From assembly GCA_965203175.1 (NCBI GenBank), contig OZ241867.1:1792001-1856000 (forward strand): DNA of 64,000 nt. Direction: 5' to 3'. The stretch comes from Candidatus Latescibacterota bacterium (GTDB taxonomy: Bacteria; Latescibacterota; UBA2968; UBA8231). The notes beneath the pieces are model-generated. The model worked only from the letters and a program-made list of their open reading frames with translations, had not been told where the DNA came from and did no database searches. The position numbers were made by a program, and so were the translations under genes. Shown here piece by piece: positions 26,220-35,683 of the stretch (positions within the stretch are counted from its first letter, which is position 1; the number at the start of each line of letters is the position of its first letter).

Positions 26220-27455
26220 ATGCGAGAACGGATAAAACGGATTGTCGAAAGTTGGCTAATGAATCAGAATGAGAAACAAAATCCGATTTTTTTAAAGCCG
26301 TTGGAGACCCCCAATCTCTTTGCTAGCTATCGCATACACGATTACCCGCGTGCTGGTTTACGTTGCCACCCGTGGAAGATGACCGATACTCAAGCGATTC
26401 TGCTCAATGCCTTTGATTTACTAGCGAATAGGCGAACGCATAAGTTCACTCCGGAAATTCGCAAAGCGGAAGGAAAACTTCACGAGTACGTCGAATTTGA
26501 TGGCCCGCTGATTCTGGATTCAGGTGCCTTCAACTTCCTACAACAAGCTGAAATCAGCATTACACCACGTGATGTTCTTTCAATTGGAATTGAGTTAAGA
26601 GCTGATATGGTTGTTGCTCTTGATCATCCCTTTCTGCCCAAATCCGATCTCGAAGAAGTGAATGTTCGGTGGTCAAATACTGTATCGAATACCCGTAAGA
26701 TGTTTGAGTCGTTAGAGAAGTTCGATTCCTCGCTTCTCCCTAGTGGGTTTAAACTCATACCTGTTCTTCACGGCCATGATACACAAACACTTTCGAGAGC
26801 TCTCGATGATATTGTCAATATATGGGGCCAAGAGCCTGACATCGTTGGTATCGGGAGTTTAGCACCGCTTGCTCGCAATGGAAGTAAGCGTACAGTAGTC
26901 GATATCATTCTCACGGCACGAAAACTTCTTCCCAATGCTCATATTCATTGTTTTTCCTTGGGTTCTGCCCTGCTGATGCTATTCGCATTTTACTGTGGTG
27001 CTGATACGGTTGATTCGCAGACTTGGATCATGAGTGCCGCCTTTAAACAAGTGCAACTGCCCGGCTTTCACTTGACCCGCTTTTCTCGTCTTGAAGCAGA
27101 AAAAGCCCCCGCCAAATATGAACAGACCCGTCATGCTTTTGCTCAGCATTTATTGCGATTGATTGATGAAGAGGGATTTGCTACGAAAAACTGGGATACC
27201 GAAGAAATTTGGCCAATCTGTGATCAGGAGGCCGCGCTTTCTTACCTAGGCTATCTTGAAGACTGTGATGGGATAAACCATGTTCATCGCCGGGCATGTC
27301 ATAATCTATACTCATTCAATTTTGAGGCGGGTCGAGTACGCCAAGAAAAGAGGGCAGGTACGCTCGAAACCTTTATTCACAGTCGAATGAAAAGTACTGT
27401 CTATCGAAAGGTGTTTGATTACGCAATTGATGAAAAGATGAAATCTTACAAATGA
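26220..27455 (+). CDS. tRNA-guanine transglycosylase (TGT)-like protein, divergent
   Basis: FDGPLILDSGAF, VVALDHP, IPVLHG, VGIGSL, HIHCFSLG, GADTVDS, HNL; alternative start ATG 26259. Confidence 0.85.
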   Translation: MRERIKRIVESWLMNQNEKQNPIFLKPLETPNLFASYRIHDYPRAGLRCHPWKMTDTQAILLNAFDLLANRRTHKFTPEIRKAEGKLHEYVEFDGPLILDSGAFNFLQQAEISITPRDVLSIGIELRADMVVALDHPFLPKSDLEEVNVRWSNTVSNTRKMFESLEKFDSSLLPSGFKLIPVLHGHDTQTLSRALDDIVNIWGQEPDIVGIGSLAPLARNGSKRTVVDIILTARKLLPNAHIHCFSLGSALLMLFAFYCGADTVDSQTWIMSAAFKQVQLPGFHLTRFSRLEAEKAPAKYEQTRHAFAQHLLRLIDEEGFATKNWDTEEIWPICDQEAALSYLGYLEDCDGINHVHRRACHNLYSFNFEAGRVRQEKRAGTLETFIHSRMKSTVYRKVFDYAIDEKMKSYK

Positions 27456-27567
27456 AGATCCTGGGATTCACTCGTATCTTTTGCTGTTTTCCTATGAGAA
27501 TCACCTCTATCTACAAGATGACACGCAGCTTCTCAGACGATAAAGTTGACCAACCCAAGGAGAGAAT

Positions 27568-27999
27568 ATGATCCTAAGAAAGCTGTTGTTCGGCCCGGCC
27601 CCCTCGGTCGGCGTTGGCTATTCACTGGGGCTGCTGCTGTTACGGGTGTCCGTCGGCGGCATGATGTTGCTCGCCCACGGCTGGGGGAAATTGACTGGTT
27701 TTGCGGAGCGTTCCTCCTCGTTTCCCGATCCATTAGGCGTCGGCTCGTCGCTGAGCATGGCCTTGGCTACCGGAGCCGAAGCATTTTGCGCCCTAGCGGT
27801 GATTTTGGGACTCGCTACCCGCTGGGCTGTCGTGCCGCTCATGGTCACCATGGCAGTGGCCGCGCTTATCATACACGGGGACGACCCGTGGGCAAAAAAG
27901 GAATTCGCCCTATTGTACTTTTTCCCCTTTGCCACGTTGTTTCTAACAGGTGCGGGACGCTACTCTTTCGACGCCTCCTTGCGGCGTGGGGGGCGCTAA
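27568..27999 (+). CDS. DoxX family membrane protein
   Basis: GLLLLRV..HGWGKL..FPDPLG..KEFALLY..GAGRYSFD. Confidence 0.92.
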   Translation: MILRKLLFGPAPSVGVGYSLGLLLLRVSVGGMMLLAHGWGKLTGFAERSSSFPDPLGVGSSLSMALATGAEAFCALAVILGLATRWAVVPLMVTMAVAALIIHGDDPWAKKEFALLYFFPFATLFLTGAGRYSFDASLRRGGR

Positions 28000-28001
28000 G
28001 T

Positions 28002-29189
28002 CTACAGAATGTCGGGCGATTGTGGATCGATGCAGGCCCCGGTGGGCCGCGGCCCCTGTGGCCGCTGCGGCATCTGGTCGTAGGACTGATAAGCGATGTC
28101 TAGGTAAGGCGTATCGACGCGGCGGTGCCCTTCGTGGCGCGAAATCATCGCCGCGTCAATAACCCCAGTCGTCAGCAAGGTGCGCTCGGGCGGGTACGGG
28201 GCCTGACCCGTTTTGAAAAACTGCTGGATGTTGCGGCACAGATAGCCGAAATGGGCAAACGGCCCCTCGTTCTGCAAGTAGAACTCCGTGGCCTGCACCT
28301 GCCCTCCTATCCGCGCGGCATAGGCGAAGTCGCTGACATAGCCGCTGAGCATCAATGTCGCCGTGCGCAAGCCGTCGCGGTGTTCCATGAGGAAAACGGC
28401 CGGCTCTTTGGTATGCTCCTCCATCGGCCCATCCGGCTTTTTGGCGATAGCACCGCAAGCGGCCTCGGCCAGCTCCCCAGACCACAGCCCCTCGTCGCGG
28501 GCGCTCCACACGTCGTCCCCTTCGAGGCACTGCACCCACGCCACTCCCCGTTCGCCGCCGCTGCGTCGCTCGACCATACACTGCAACGTCTCTAAGGCGT
28601 GGTACCCGTATGCCTCAATGCCGCCGTAGCCGATGGACAGGGCTTCTTCAATGGGCGTCTCCTTGGGGTGTTCCAGCCAAGGCGAGCGCCAAGACAAGGG
28701 TAGCGACGACCCGGCCATCAGCGGGATGTCCAGTTCTTCTGCCCGATCCCACATCCACTGAGCGTCCCTAAAGTCATACGCCAAATGCTTGTCTGAAAAC
28801 ACGGGCACCGAGCGGCCGCTCTCGGCAAAGACGCCGGCGATTTGCTCGAAGAAATAGCGGCGCGGGTACATGTGGCGGCCCCGCTCGTTCCAGGGGTAAT
28901 CGCCGTGCTCGCCGATGAGCAGCACTGCATCTACATTGAGCCGGTCGGCACCAGCGTGCAGGGCGCGGCGGATGCTGGGATAGATGGGGACCCCGTACTC
29001 TTGGGCCAAGCCCACGCCGATATCGTTTTCCAGCACGTGGTCGATGTACAGGGATACTAGGTCCACTTCCGGGGGCATCAGGCCCTCATCTATGGACATG
29101 CCCTTCATAAACTTGGTGGCAATGACGTCGGCATGGGATTTGGGATAGTAGATGGTGGCGATGGCGGCTACGCGCAAGCGGTCGCTCAT
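28002..29189 (-). CDS. Conserved hypothetical protein (Gfo/Idh/MocA-like oxidoreductase fold)
   Basis: SHADVI, LIGEHGDYP, VFSDKHL, MAGSSLP, YGYHALE; start MSDRLRV after GGAG. Confidence 0.75.
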   Translation of the reverse strand: MSDRLRVAAIATIYYPKSHADVIATKFMKGMSIDEGLMPPEVDLVSLYIDHVLENDIGVGLAQEYGVPIYPSIRRALHAGADRLNVDAVLLIGEHGDYPWNERGRHMYPRRYFFEQIAGVFAESGRSVPVFSDKHLAYDFRDAQWMWDRAEELDIPLMAGSSLPLSWRSPWLEHPKETPIEEALSIGYGGIEAYGYHALETLQCMVERRSGGERGVAWVQCLEGDDVWSARDEGLWSGELAEAACGAIAKKPDGPMEEHTKEPAVFLMEHRDGLRTATLMLSGYVSDFAYAARIGGQVQATEFYLQNEGPFAHFGYLCRNIQQFFKTGQAPYPPERTLLTTGVIDAAMISRHEGHRRVDTPYLDIAYQSYDQMPQRPQGPRPTGACIDPQSPDIL

Positions 29190-29297
29190 GGACAAACTCC
29201 TATAGCGAAGACGCACATACTCCTGTGCGCCGCAGACAGTGGACGGTGGTATTGTAATGTTTTGAGTCGGGTGTTGCCATGCCGAAACGAAAAGTGC

Positions 29298-30116
29298 TCA
29301 GGCCGCCCAGCATCCCTCCGTATAAGGCTCGCGGAGGAAGAGTTTTTTGCGTTGGGGACTGGCGCGCGCGATCCACTCGGGCGGGATATCCTGCGTATAG
29401 CGATGCGGCGGCCCGGCTTCTTTGAAGATGTCGATGTTGAAGATGCGATAGGGCTGGGGAGAGTCCGCGGGTTTGGCTTCGACGGCGTGGAAAATCCGAG
29501 CGTTGATATAGACCATGCTGCCCGGAGGCACTGCGAGCCGCACCTCTTTTAGCTCGCGTCCAGCTTCTGCGTCGTATGCTCCGGCTAGCATGCGCTCAGG
29601 CGTGGCCTCGGCGGTCGGGGCGACGAGGTGGCTGCCGGGAATGACCTTGAGGTTGCGGTCGCCGAGTGTGAAGCCATTGGGATAGTAGAGAATTTGGACG
29701 TAGTACTTGTTGCGCTCGGCGAGGTTGACGGGGTTTTCGTGCTTCCAGTGGTGGTGATCTTGGTGAAAGGGAATGGGGCCTATGCCGCGCGGGGCGAGGT
29801 TGAGGGCGGAGTGGCAAAAGTGGTAGTTGGGGCCGATGGTGGCTTGCAGCAGCGCGATGATGAAGGGGTCGTCGATGAGGCGGTCGCCGCACGGGCCGCG
29901 GTCGTTCCAAGGGCGGACGAAATAGGACTGGGGCGCGGCGGATTTTTCGTCCAAGGCGTCGAGGTAGCCGCGCACCGAATCGAGGCCGAGGATTTCGTTG
30001 GTTAGGCTGCGCCGTGTCTCGTCTTTGAGTACGTCTGGGTAGAAGATGTAGCCGTCTTGGTGGAAGGAGTCCAAGTCGGCTGCGGAGGGAGCTTGGAGGC
30101 GAAATAGTGAGTTCAT
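29298..30116 (-). CDS. Phytanoyl-CoA dioxygenase (PhyH) family protein
   Basis: FHQDGY, FHQD (HxD), LKVIPGSH, IFHA; start MNSLFR coupled to the upstream stop. Confidence 0.85.
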   Translation of the reverse strand: MNSLFRLQAPSAADLDSFHQDGYIFYPDVLKDETRRSLTNEILGLDSVRGYLDALDEKSAAPQSYFVRPWNDRGPCGDRLIDDPFIIALLQATIGPNYHFCHSALNLAPRGIGPIPFHQDHHHWKHENPVNLAERNKYYVQILYYPNGFTLGDRNLKVIPGSHLVAPTAEATPERMLAGAYDAEAGRELKEVRLAVPPGSMVYINARIFHAVEAKPADSPQPYRIFNIDIFKEAGPPHRYTQDIPPEWIARASPQRKKLFLREPYTEGCWAA

Positions 30117-31393
30117 GGCGATTCCTTTGAGGGTGTCGTCGGCTTTTCCGCTTGTCCAAAAGAGGGCAGCGCGAAGACGGCCCGCCAGCCTAGCCGGTTT
30201 AGACGCAAGTAATAAGAGGCCGTCAGCACGCCCCACAACGCATACGCGAGCGAAGTAGATAAGGCGGCACCGCGCAGCCCGAGCTTGGGGATCAACCATA
30301 GATTCAGGGCCACATTGACCGCCAAAGCGATACTGGGTGCCCACAGGGTCATGGAGGGATAGCCCTCGCCCATTAGCTTGGCGTTGAACACGGCTCCGAA
30401 GCCCAAAAACAACATGCCGGGCAGCAGCCAAACAAGAGGCTCGTACGCATCTGGATACAAGGGAAAGAAAACGCTCAGCAGTAGACGTCCGCCGAAGATC
30501 AAGACAACCGCCGAAAGCAGGGAGAAGACAAAGATGCCTTGGCCCACGCCCAAGGAGAGCCGCGTGTCGTCTTGCCCGCGCACTATTTTGGCGAGCAGGA
30601 TGACCGAGGCGATGTTGGCGACGCGCTGCACCATGTCCGTAAAGTTCGTCGCCACCCCATACACGCCCACCTCCTTCTCGCCCAAAAAGCGCTCTATTAA
30701 AAAGAGGTCGCTCTTGAGCAGCAAAAACATGAGCACCAAGCAGACCTCGCCACGCGAACCAATGCGAAGCATTTGCCCAAGCGCGCGTCGCCCTCCCCAC
30801 CGAAAGCGGAATCCTCGGTACAAGAATAGGGCAAAGATCGCCAAGCCCGTTATCCCTATTGCTCCTACCCACACCCCCATCACCCGTTCCAACTCGAGAT
30901 GCCCTAGCTGGGAAAGGACTAGATTGCCGCCGAGATAGATGGCGATGAAGACTACGGGCAGCAGTGCGTAGGGCTTGAGCCGATCTTCGCCTAAAAAGAC
31001 GGACAAACCCGCCCTTTGTAGCACGGTGAATGCAATCACGCAAACGCCCAAGATCCATTGGGCTAGGGTGATACTGGGCACGAAAACCTTTGCAAGTGCC
31101 AAGCTAAAAGGGGCCGTTAGCAACAGGAAGGCACCCAAGACGAGGCAATACAACAAGGTGTGGTTGATCGCGGCCTCCCGCTCTCGCTCGCGTCCCACGA
31201 CGTAAATGTTCCCCTTGCTGAGCCACTCTCCTAAGAACAAGACGCCCAGCATGACGAGCGCGGCCCATAGCCTTAGGGTGCCATAGTGCTCCGGTCCTAG
31301 CTGATCGGCCAGCAGGACCGAGTTCACAAAGCCCAAAGAAAAGACCAGAAAGGAGCAGGTTGTGTTGAGCGAGAAGCCGCGGAAAAAGTTCAT
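30113..31393 (-). CDS. Wzx-like polysaccharide flippase / MOP-family exporter
   Basis: Many TM helices; LGPEHYG, EVGVYGVA, LNLWLIPKLGLRGAALSTS. Confidence 0.85.
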   Translation of the reverse strand: MNFFRGFSLNTTCSFLVFSLGFVNSVLLADQLGPEHYGTLRLWAALVMLGVLFLGEWLSKGNIYVVGREREREAAINHTLLYCLVLGAFLLLTAPFSLALAKVFVPSITLAQWILGVCVIAFTVLQRAGLSVFLGEDRLKPYALLPVVFIAIYLGGNLVLSQLGHLELERVMGVWVGAIGITGLAIFALFLYRGFRFRWGGRRALGQMLRIGSRGEVCLVLMFLLLKSDLFLIERFLGEKEVGVYGVATNFTDMVQRVANIASVILLAKIVRGQDDTRLSLGVGQGIFVFSLLSAVVLIFGGRLLLSVFFPLYPDAYEPLVWLLPGMLFLGFGAVFNAKLMGEGYPSMTLWAPSIALAVNVALNLWLIPKLGLRGAALSTSLAYALWGVLTASYYLRLNRLGWRAVFALPSFGQAEKPTTPSKESP

Positions 31394-31556
31394 TGAAATG
31401 GATGGAGAGCACTAAAGCGGCGACGGAGACGGTCGGTGCTTATCAAGCGAAAACCTAGGGCATGGTGGCGCATCCGTCTTGGTGGAAAGATTCTAGGTCG
31501 GCCAGAGAGAGGCATCAAGGTGGAATAGCAAATTCATGCGCGCGGTCCTTCCATCA

Positions 31557-33515
31557 TCAAGGCAGACTCAGCGCCACCAACTCGGCTGGCTGGTCGGCCC
31601 CGCCGGTGGGGATGGCGATGTATTGCTTGCCGCCAGCCATATAGGTGATGGGCTGGCCCGAGGCGTTGCGCGGCAGCTCGACTTTGCCCATTAGCGCGCC
31701 GTCGTCCGGGTCAAAGGCCCAGAGATAGGGCGCATTGGGATTGATTTTGACCTCAACGGCGTTGCCTCGGGGCGAGTTGTTGACCACGTCCCACTGCGCC
31801 TGAGTCGCGGCAAAGAGCAAGCTCTCGGTGATGATGGGGAAATTGCGCTGTGCCCAGCCCAAGGGCGGCAAATCGAGATGAGCAAGGCTGGGGTGGTCGC
31901 GCGGCCCCTCGCCCACGGGGACCTGCCAGCGGTGCTCGCCCGTGTTGAGATCAATGGCCGTGATCCGACCGTAGGGCGGTTTGAGCAAGGGTAGGCCGCG
32001 CGGGCCGTCTGGACCGAATTCTACCCCTCCGGTATAGCGGAAGGAGGCGTTGGGGTCCGTGGCTTTGGTCAGGGTCAGCACGGCCGGGAACGTATAAGAG
32101 GGAATGTAGATTATGCCTTTGTGGGGATCGACGGCGGCACCGGCCCAACTCGCTCCACCGATAATGCCGGGAACGAGGATCGTCCCCTTCTTGTCCATGC
32201 TCTCCATGGTCTGCGCTACGTAGAGAGAGCCGTAGCTATAGTCGTCGGCGATGGTCTTGGCCATCTGGTGTAGGGTTGGCGTAAAGTCGATCAGATCGTC
32301 CTCGGTCAGACCTTGTCGCTCGAAGGCGGCTGGCTTGCTGGGAATGGGTTGAGTGGGCGAGGATTTTTCGCCGGGAATGTCGGACTGCGGTACAGGTTTT
32401 TCCTCGATAGGCCAGATCGGCTCACCCGTTTGGCGGTCGAAGACGAAGCAGAAGCCTTGTTTGGTGACTTGGGCCACGGCTTTGATTTCCCGGCCTCCGA
32501 CATTGATGTCGACGAGGTTGGGCGCAGCCGGCAGATCGTAGTCCCACATCCCGTGGTGGGTGATCTGGAAGTGCCAGACGCGCTCGCCCGTAGCGGCATT
32601 CAGGCAAACGAGGCTCTCGGCGAAGAGGTTGTCGCCGGGACGGTGCCCGCCGTAATAGTCGTTAGTCGGGGTGCTGACCGGCAAATAGACATAACCCAAT
32701 TCGGGATCGGCACTCATTAGGGTCCAGACGTTGGTGTTGCCGGTGTTTTTCCACGAGCCGTCCTCCCAGGTCTCGTTGCCGAAGGCACCTTCCTGTGGGA
32801 TGGTTTCAAAAACCCACTTCTGGGCACCAGTGCGCACATCGAAGCCGCGCACATCGCCTGGGGGCATGGTCTCGTCGGGCGGACGACCAACGGCAAAGGC
32901 GTCGAGGACCACCGCGCCAACGACGGCGATGTCGCCGCAGATGACCGGCGGTGAAGTGACCGCATAGAGTTCGCGTTCGATTGGCCGGCGCAGGCCCTTG
33001 GTCAAATCGACGCGGCCGTTGTCACCAAAGCTCTGGATGGGGTGGCCGGTATCGGCGTTGAGGGCGATGAGATAGGCGTCGCCGGTGCCAAAGAGGATGC
33101 GACGGTCGTCGCCGTCCTCCCAATAGGAGACGCCCCGGTGGACTAGGCCGACGTTAGCTGGTGTGCCCGATCTCCAGGTGCCTGGGTCGTAGGTCCAGAT
33201 TGTTTTACCGCTCGTAGCGTCGAGTGCGACAACTAGGTTGAGCGAGGTGCTGACGTAGAGTCTGTCGCCGACTTGGAGCGGTGTGCCCTCAAAGACCATG
33301 GTCCAGATTTCTGGATGGGCGTCGAGGATGGACTGGTCGGCCGAGGCCCAAGTCCAGGCGATTTCTAGCTGGGCGAAATTGGTGGCATCGATTTGGTCGA
33401 AGGGGGCGTATTTGGTGCTGGCCGCCGTCGCGCCGTACGAGCGCCACTCGCCGGTGGAATCGGCCAGCAACGGTGAAGCGAATAGCGCGAGGGCAAGGAG
33501 CAGGGGACCCGTCAT
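31557..33515 (-). CDS. PQQ-dependent dehydrogenase (glucose/quinate dehydrogenase-like)
   Basis: Signal peptide; HHGMWDYDLP, TPTNDYYGGHRPG, KPPYG, PITYMAGGKQYI; start MTGPLL. Confidence 0.92.
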   Translation of the reverse strand: MTGPLLLALALFASPLLADSTGEWRSYGATAASTKYAPFDQIDATNFAQLEIAWTWASADQSILDAHPEIWTMVFEGTPLQVGDRLYVSTSLNLVVALDATSGKTIWTYDPGTWRSGTPANVGLVHRGVSYWEDGDDRRILFGTGDAYLIALNADTGHPIQSFGDNGRVDLTKGLRRPIERELYAVTSPPVICGDIAVVGAVVLDAFAVGRPPDETMPPGDVRGFDVRTGAQKWVFETIPQEGAFGNETWEDGSWKNTGNTNVWTLMSADPELGYVYLPVSTPTNDYYGGHRPGDNLFAESLVCLNAATGERVWHFQITHHGMWDYDLPAAPNLVDINVGGREIKAVAQVTKQGFCFVFDRQTGEPIWPIEEKPVPQSDIPGEKSSPTQPIPSKPAAFERQGLTEDDLIDFTPTLHQMAKTIADDYSYGSLYVAQTMESMDKKGTILVPGIIGGASWAGAAVDPHKGIIYIPSYTFPAVLTLTKATDPNASFRYTGGVEFGPDGPRGLPLLKPPYGRITAIDLNTGEHRWQVPVGEGPRDHPSLAHLDLPPLGWAQRNFPIITESLLFAATQAQWDVVNNSPRGNAVEVKINPNAPYLWAFDPDDGALMGKVELPRNASGQPITYMAGGKQYIAIPTGGADQPAELVALSLP

Positions 33516-33642
33516 GGCGTATCTCCTCGTGGATGGGGTATAGCGATAGTATAGAACTTTATGGACGAGGGCCGCCAGAGATTTGTCACGCCTAAAGGCG
33601 CGGTGAAGCAGACCGCTTCTCAGGGACAGAGCGGATCGGGCA

Positions 33643-34476
33643 TCAAGACCAGACGTAGATCTCGTCGTCGTCCGGAGACATGGCAAAGAAGATGGCCAGC
33701 ACCGCCCGGGGCTGACCGCCGACGACAGCGGGGACCTCGTGGATGTTTTCGGTAAAGAAAAAGTAGAGGTCACCGGGTTCGAGCTGTACCTGGACGCGCT
33801 CGATGCTCTCGCGGGCGACGTAAGCAGCGAATTCCTCGCGTCCCAGATGCTCTGTCAATTCGGGGCGAAAAGGACAGTTGTACAGATACGGCTCACCCGT
33901 GCCCCCTTCTTTGGTGCTATTCTGAAAGCAAAGCACCCCGGCGAACTGGTGTTTGAAGCGCGAAATCTGATATTCGAAAGCCTGGGTGCGCTTGGCGACG
34001 GAATCGTAGTGCGGGCCGTGGCCGACTTCCCGGTGATAGACGCGGAATATGGCCGGGCCGTAGAGGCGGCCGTCCGGCTCGCGTGCAGTCTTGACCTCTT
34101 TGCCAGGCACTAGCTGGGAAAGAGCGTCGTACATAGTGCGGACCGGATCGTCATAGCCGTCGAAGAGGGTCTCAAATAACGCCAGCGTCTCCGCGGAGTG
34201 GGCGTGGAACTTTTCGCGGTCGCTGCGGTGGTGGCCAAAACTAGTGCCAATATCGACGCGACGCGCTTGGCCGTCACCGACCTCGTGGGGGTCGTAGAGC
34301 AGGCTGCGCTCGTAGAAGCGCCGCATCAGCGCCCGGCAATGGGCGGGATTGTAGTGCTGGCGCAGCACAAAGGCCGGCACCTCGCCGCGCGCTAAGGCCA
34401 TCAGCGGCTCGGGGTACTGGTCGCGAATTTGCTCGATGGAAGCTTCGAAAGGAATCCAAGTTTGGGAGATTGTCAT
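33643..34476 (-). CDS. Putative 2OG-Fe(II) oxygenase-fold protein
   Basis: PHYD (HxD), PGDLYFF, HEV, R in a cupin-like arrangement; start MTISQ. Confidence 0.7.
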   Translation of the reverse strand: MTISQTWIPFEASIEQIRDQYPEPLMALARGEVPAFVLRQHYNPAHCRALMRRFYERSLLYDPHEVGDGQARRVDIGTSFGHHRSDREKFHAHSAETLALFETLFDGYDDPVRTMYDALSQLVPGKEVKTAREPDGRLYGPAIFRVYHREVGHGPHYDSVAKRTQAFEYQISRFKHQFAGVLCFQNSTKEGGTGEPYLYNCPFRPELTEHLGREEFAAYVARESIERVQVQLEPGDLYFFFTENIHEVPAVVGGQPRAVLAIFFAMSPDDDEIYVWS

Positions 34477-34630
34477 GGCGGGGAATTTAATATGCGTCGC
34501 GGGCTGAGTCCACACGGACTATTCGCGCGATACAAAGACATGCTCAAAAAGGTTGTAGCTGCCGATTGAAAAATTTACCATATCCCGCAAATGCGTTGTG
34601 GTGACTATCTGAAGTCCAGAGGCTTGTAAC

Positions 34631-35620
34631 GTGGAATATCGAAAATTGGGCACTGCGGATATCGAAGTATCGGCAATGGCGCTCGGCTGTTGGCCTTTCG
34701 CCGAGGGGACGGTCTGGGGCGAGCAGGATGAGGGTGAGTCGATTGCGACGGTGCACGCGGCGCTCGACGCGGGGATCAACTTCTTCGACACAGCGGAGGG
34801 CTATGAGGAGGGTCACTCCGAGCGCGTGCTCGGACGCGGTCTGGCCGGTCGGCGCCAGCAGGCGATCATCGCCAGCAAGGTAAGCCCGAATCACCTGACC
34901 TCGGAGGGCATCGCGGCCGCCTGCGAGCAGAGCTTAGAGAATTTGCAGACGGACTATATCGATCTCTACCAGATCCACTGGCCCAACCACGATATTCCAA
35001 TCGAGACATCTTGGCGCGCGTTAGAGGATCTGCTGGCCTCTGGAAAGGTGCGCGCCCTGGGGGTGGCGAACTTCGCCAGCAACGATCTGGCCGATCTGGT
35101 CGCGGTGGGTCAGCCAGCGGTGAATCAGTTGCCCTATAGTTTGCTGTGGCGAGCGATCGAATTCGAGGTCCTGGCGCGCTGCCGCGAGCGGGATATCGGG
35201 CTGATCTGTTACGCGCCGCTGGCACAGGGGCTGTTGACGGGAAGATACGCAACGGCGGACGAGGTGCCGGACGGGCTGGCGCGGACGCGGTGGTATGCGG
35301 GCAGTCGGCCGCTGGCCAAACACGGCGAGCCTGGCTGTGAAGAGGCCGTGTTTCACGCCATCGCGGGGATTCGCGATGTCAGCGAACGGATCGGCGCGTC
35401 GCTGGCGAGCGTGGCGCTGGCGTGGGTGCTCAAGCAGCGGGGGGTGACATCACTCTTGGTAGGGGCGCGAAATCTGGATGAACTCACACGCAACCTGCCG
35501 GTGCTGGCACTGAATTTGGACGCGGCGACAATGGCCGAACTGGAGCGGCTGACCGAGCCGGTTAAAGAAGCGATCGGGCGCAATCTGGATATGTGGTCTG
35601 CGGAGTCGCGAATGCGGTGA
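34631..35620 (+). CDS. Aldo/keto reductase
   Basis: GINFFDTAEGY, LQTDYIDLYQIHWP, GKVRALGVANF. Confidence 0.95.
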   Translation: MEYRKLGTADIEVSAMALGCWPFAEGTVWGEQDEGESIATVHAALDAGINFFDTAEGYEEGHSERVLGRGLAGRRQQAIIASKVSPNHLTSEGIAAACEQSLENLQTDYIDLYQIHWPNHDIPIETSWRALEDLLASGKVRALGVANFASNDLADLVAVGQPAVNQLPYSLLWRAIEFEVLARCRERDIGLICYAPLAQGLLTGRYATADEVPDGLARTRWYAGSRPLAKHGEPGCEEAVFHAIAGIRDVSERIGASLASVALAWVLKQRGVTSLLVGARNLDELTRNLPVLALNLDAATMAELERLTEPVKEAIGRNLDMWSAESRMR

Positions 35621-35673
35621 AGCGGGCGTCAGTATGCCAGCCCGATCAGACGCACGGCATTGTCCTCGCCGGT
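35606..35673. repeat. 68-bp direct repeat (copy at 36965-37032) flanking an inserted enolase-family gene
   Basis: 67/68 identical; contains the stop codons of both convergent neighbours. Confidence 0.95.
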
Positions 35674-35683
35674 TGTTCACACT

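Noticed and set aside
22629-27455. Assignment to dpd, BREX, Qat or type IV CBASS
   Set aside because: Signature partners (DpdB/C, PglZ/PglX, QueC/TatD, CD-NTase) are not visible; left unassigned
29298-31058. 586-aa ORF
   Set aside because: Only 29298-30116 is PhyH-like; the rest is an alternative frame of the flippase gene
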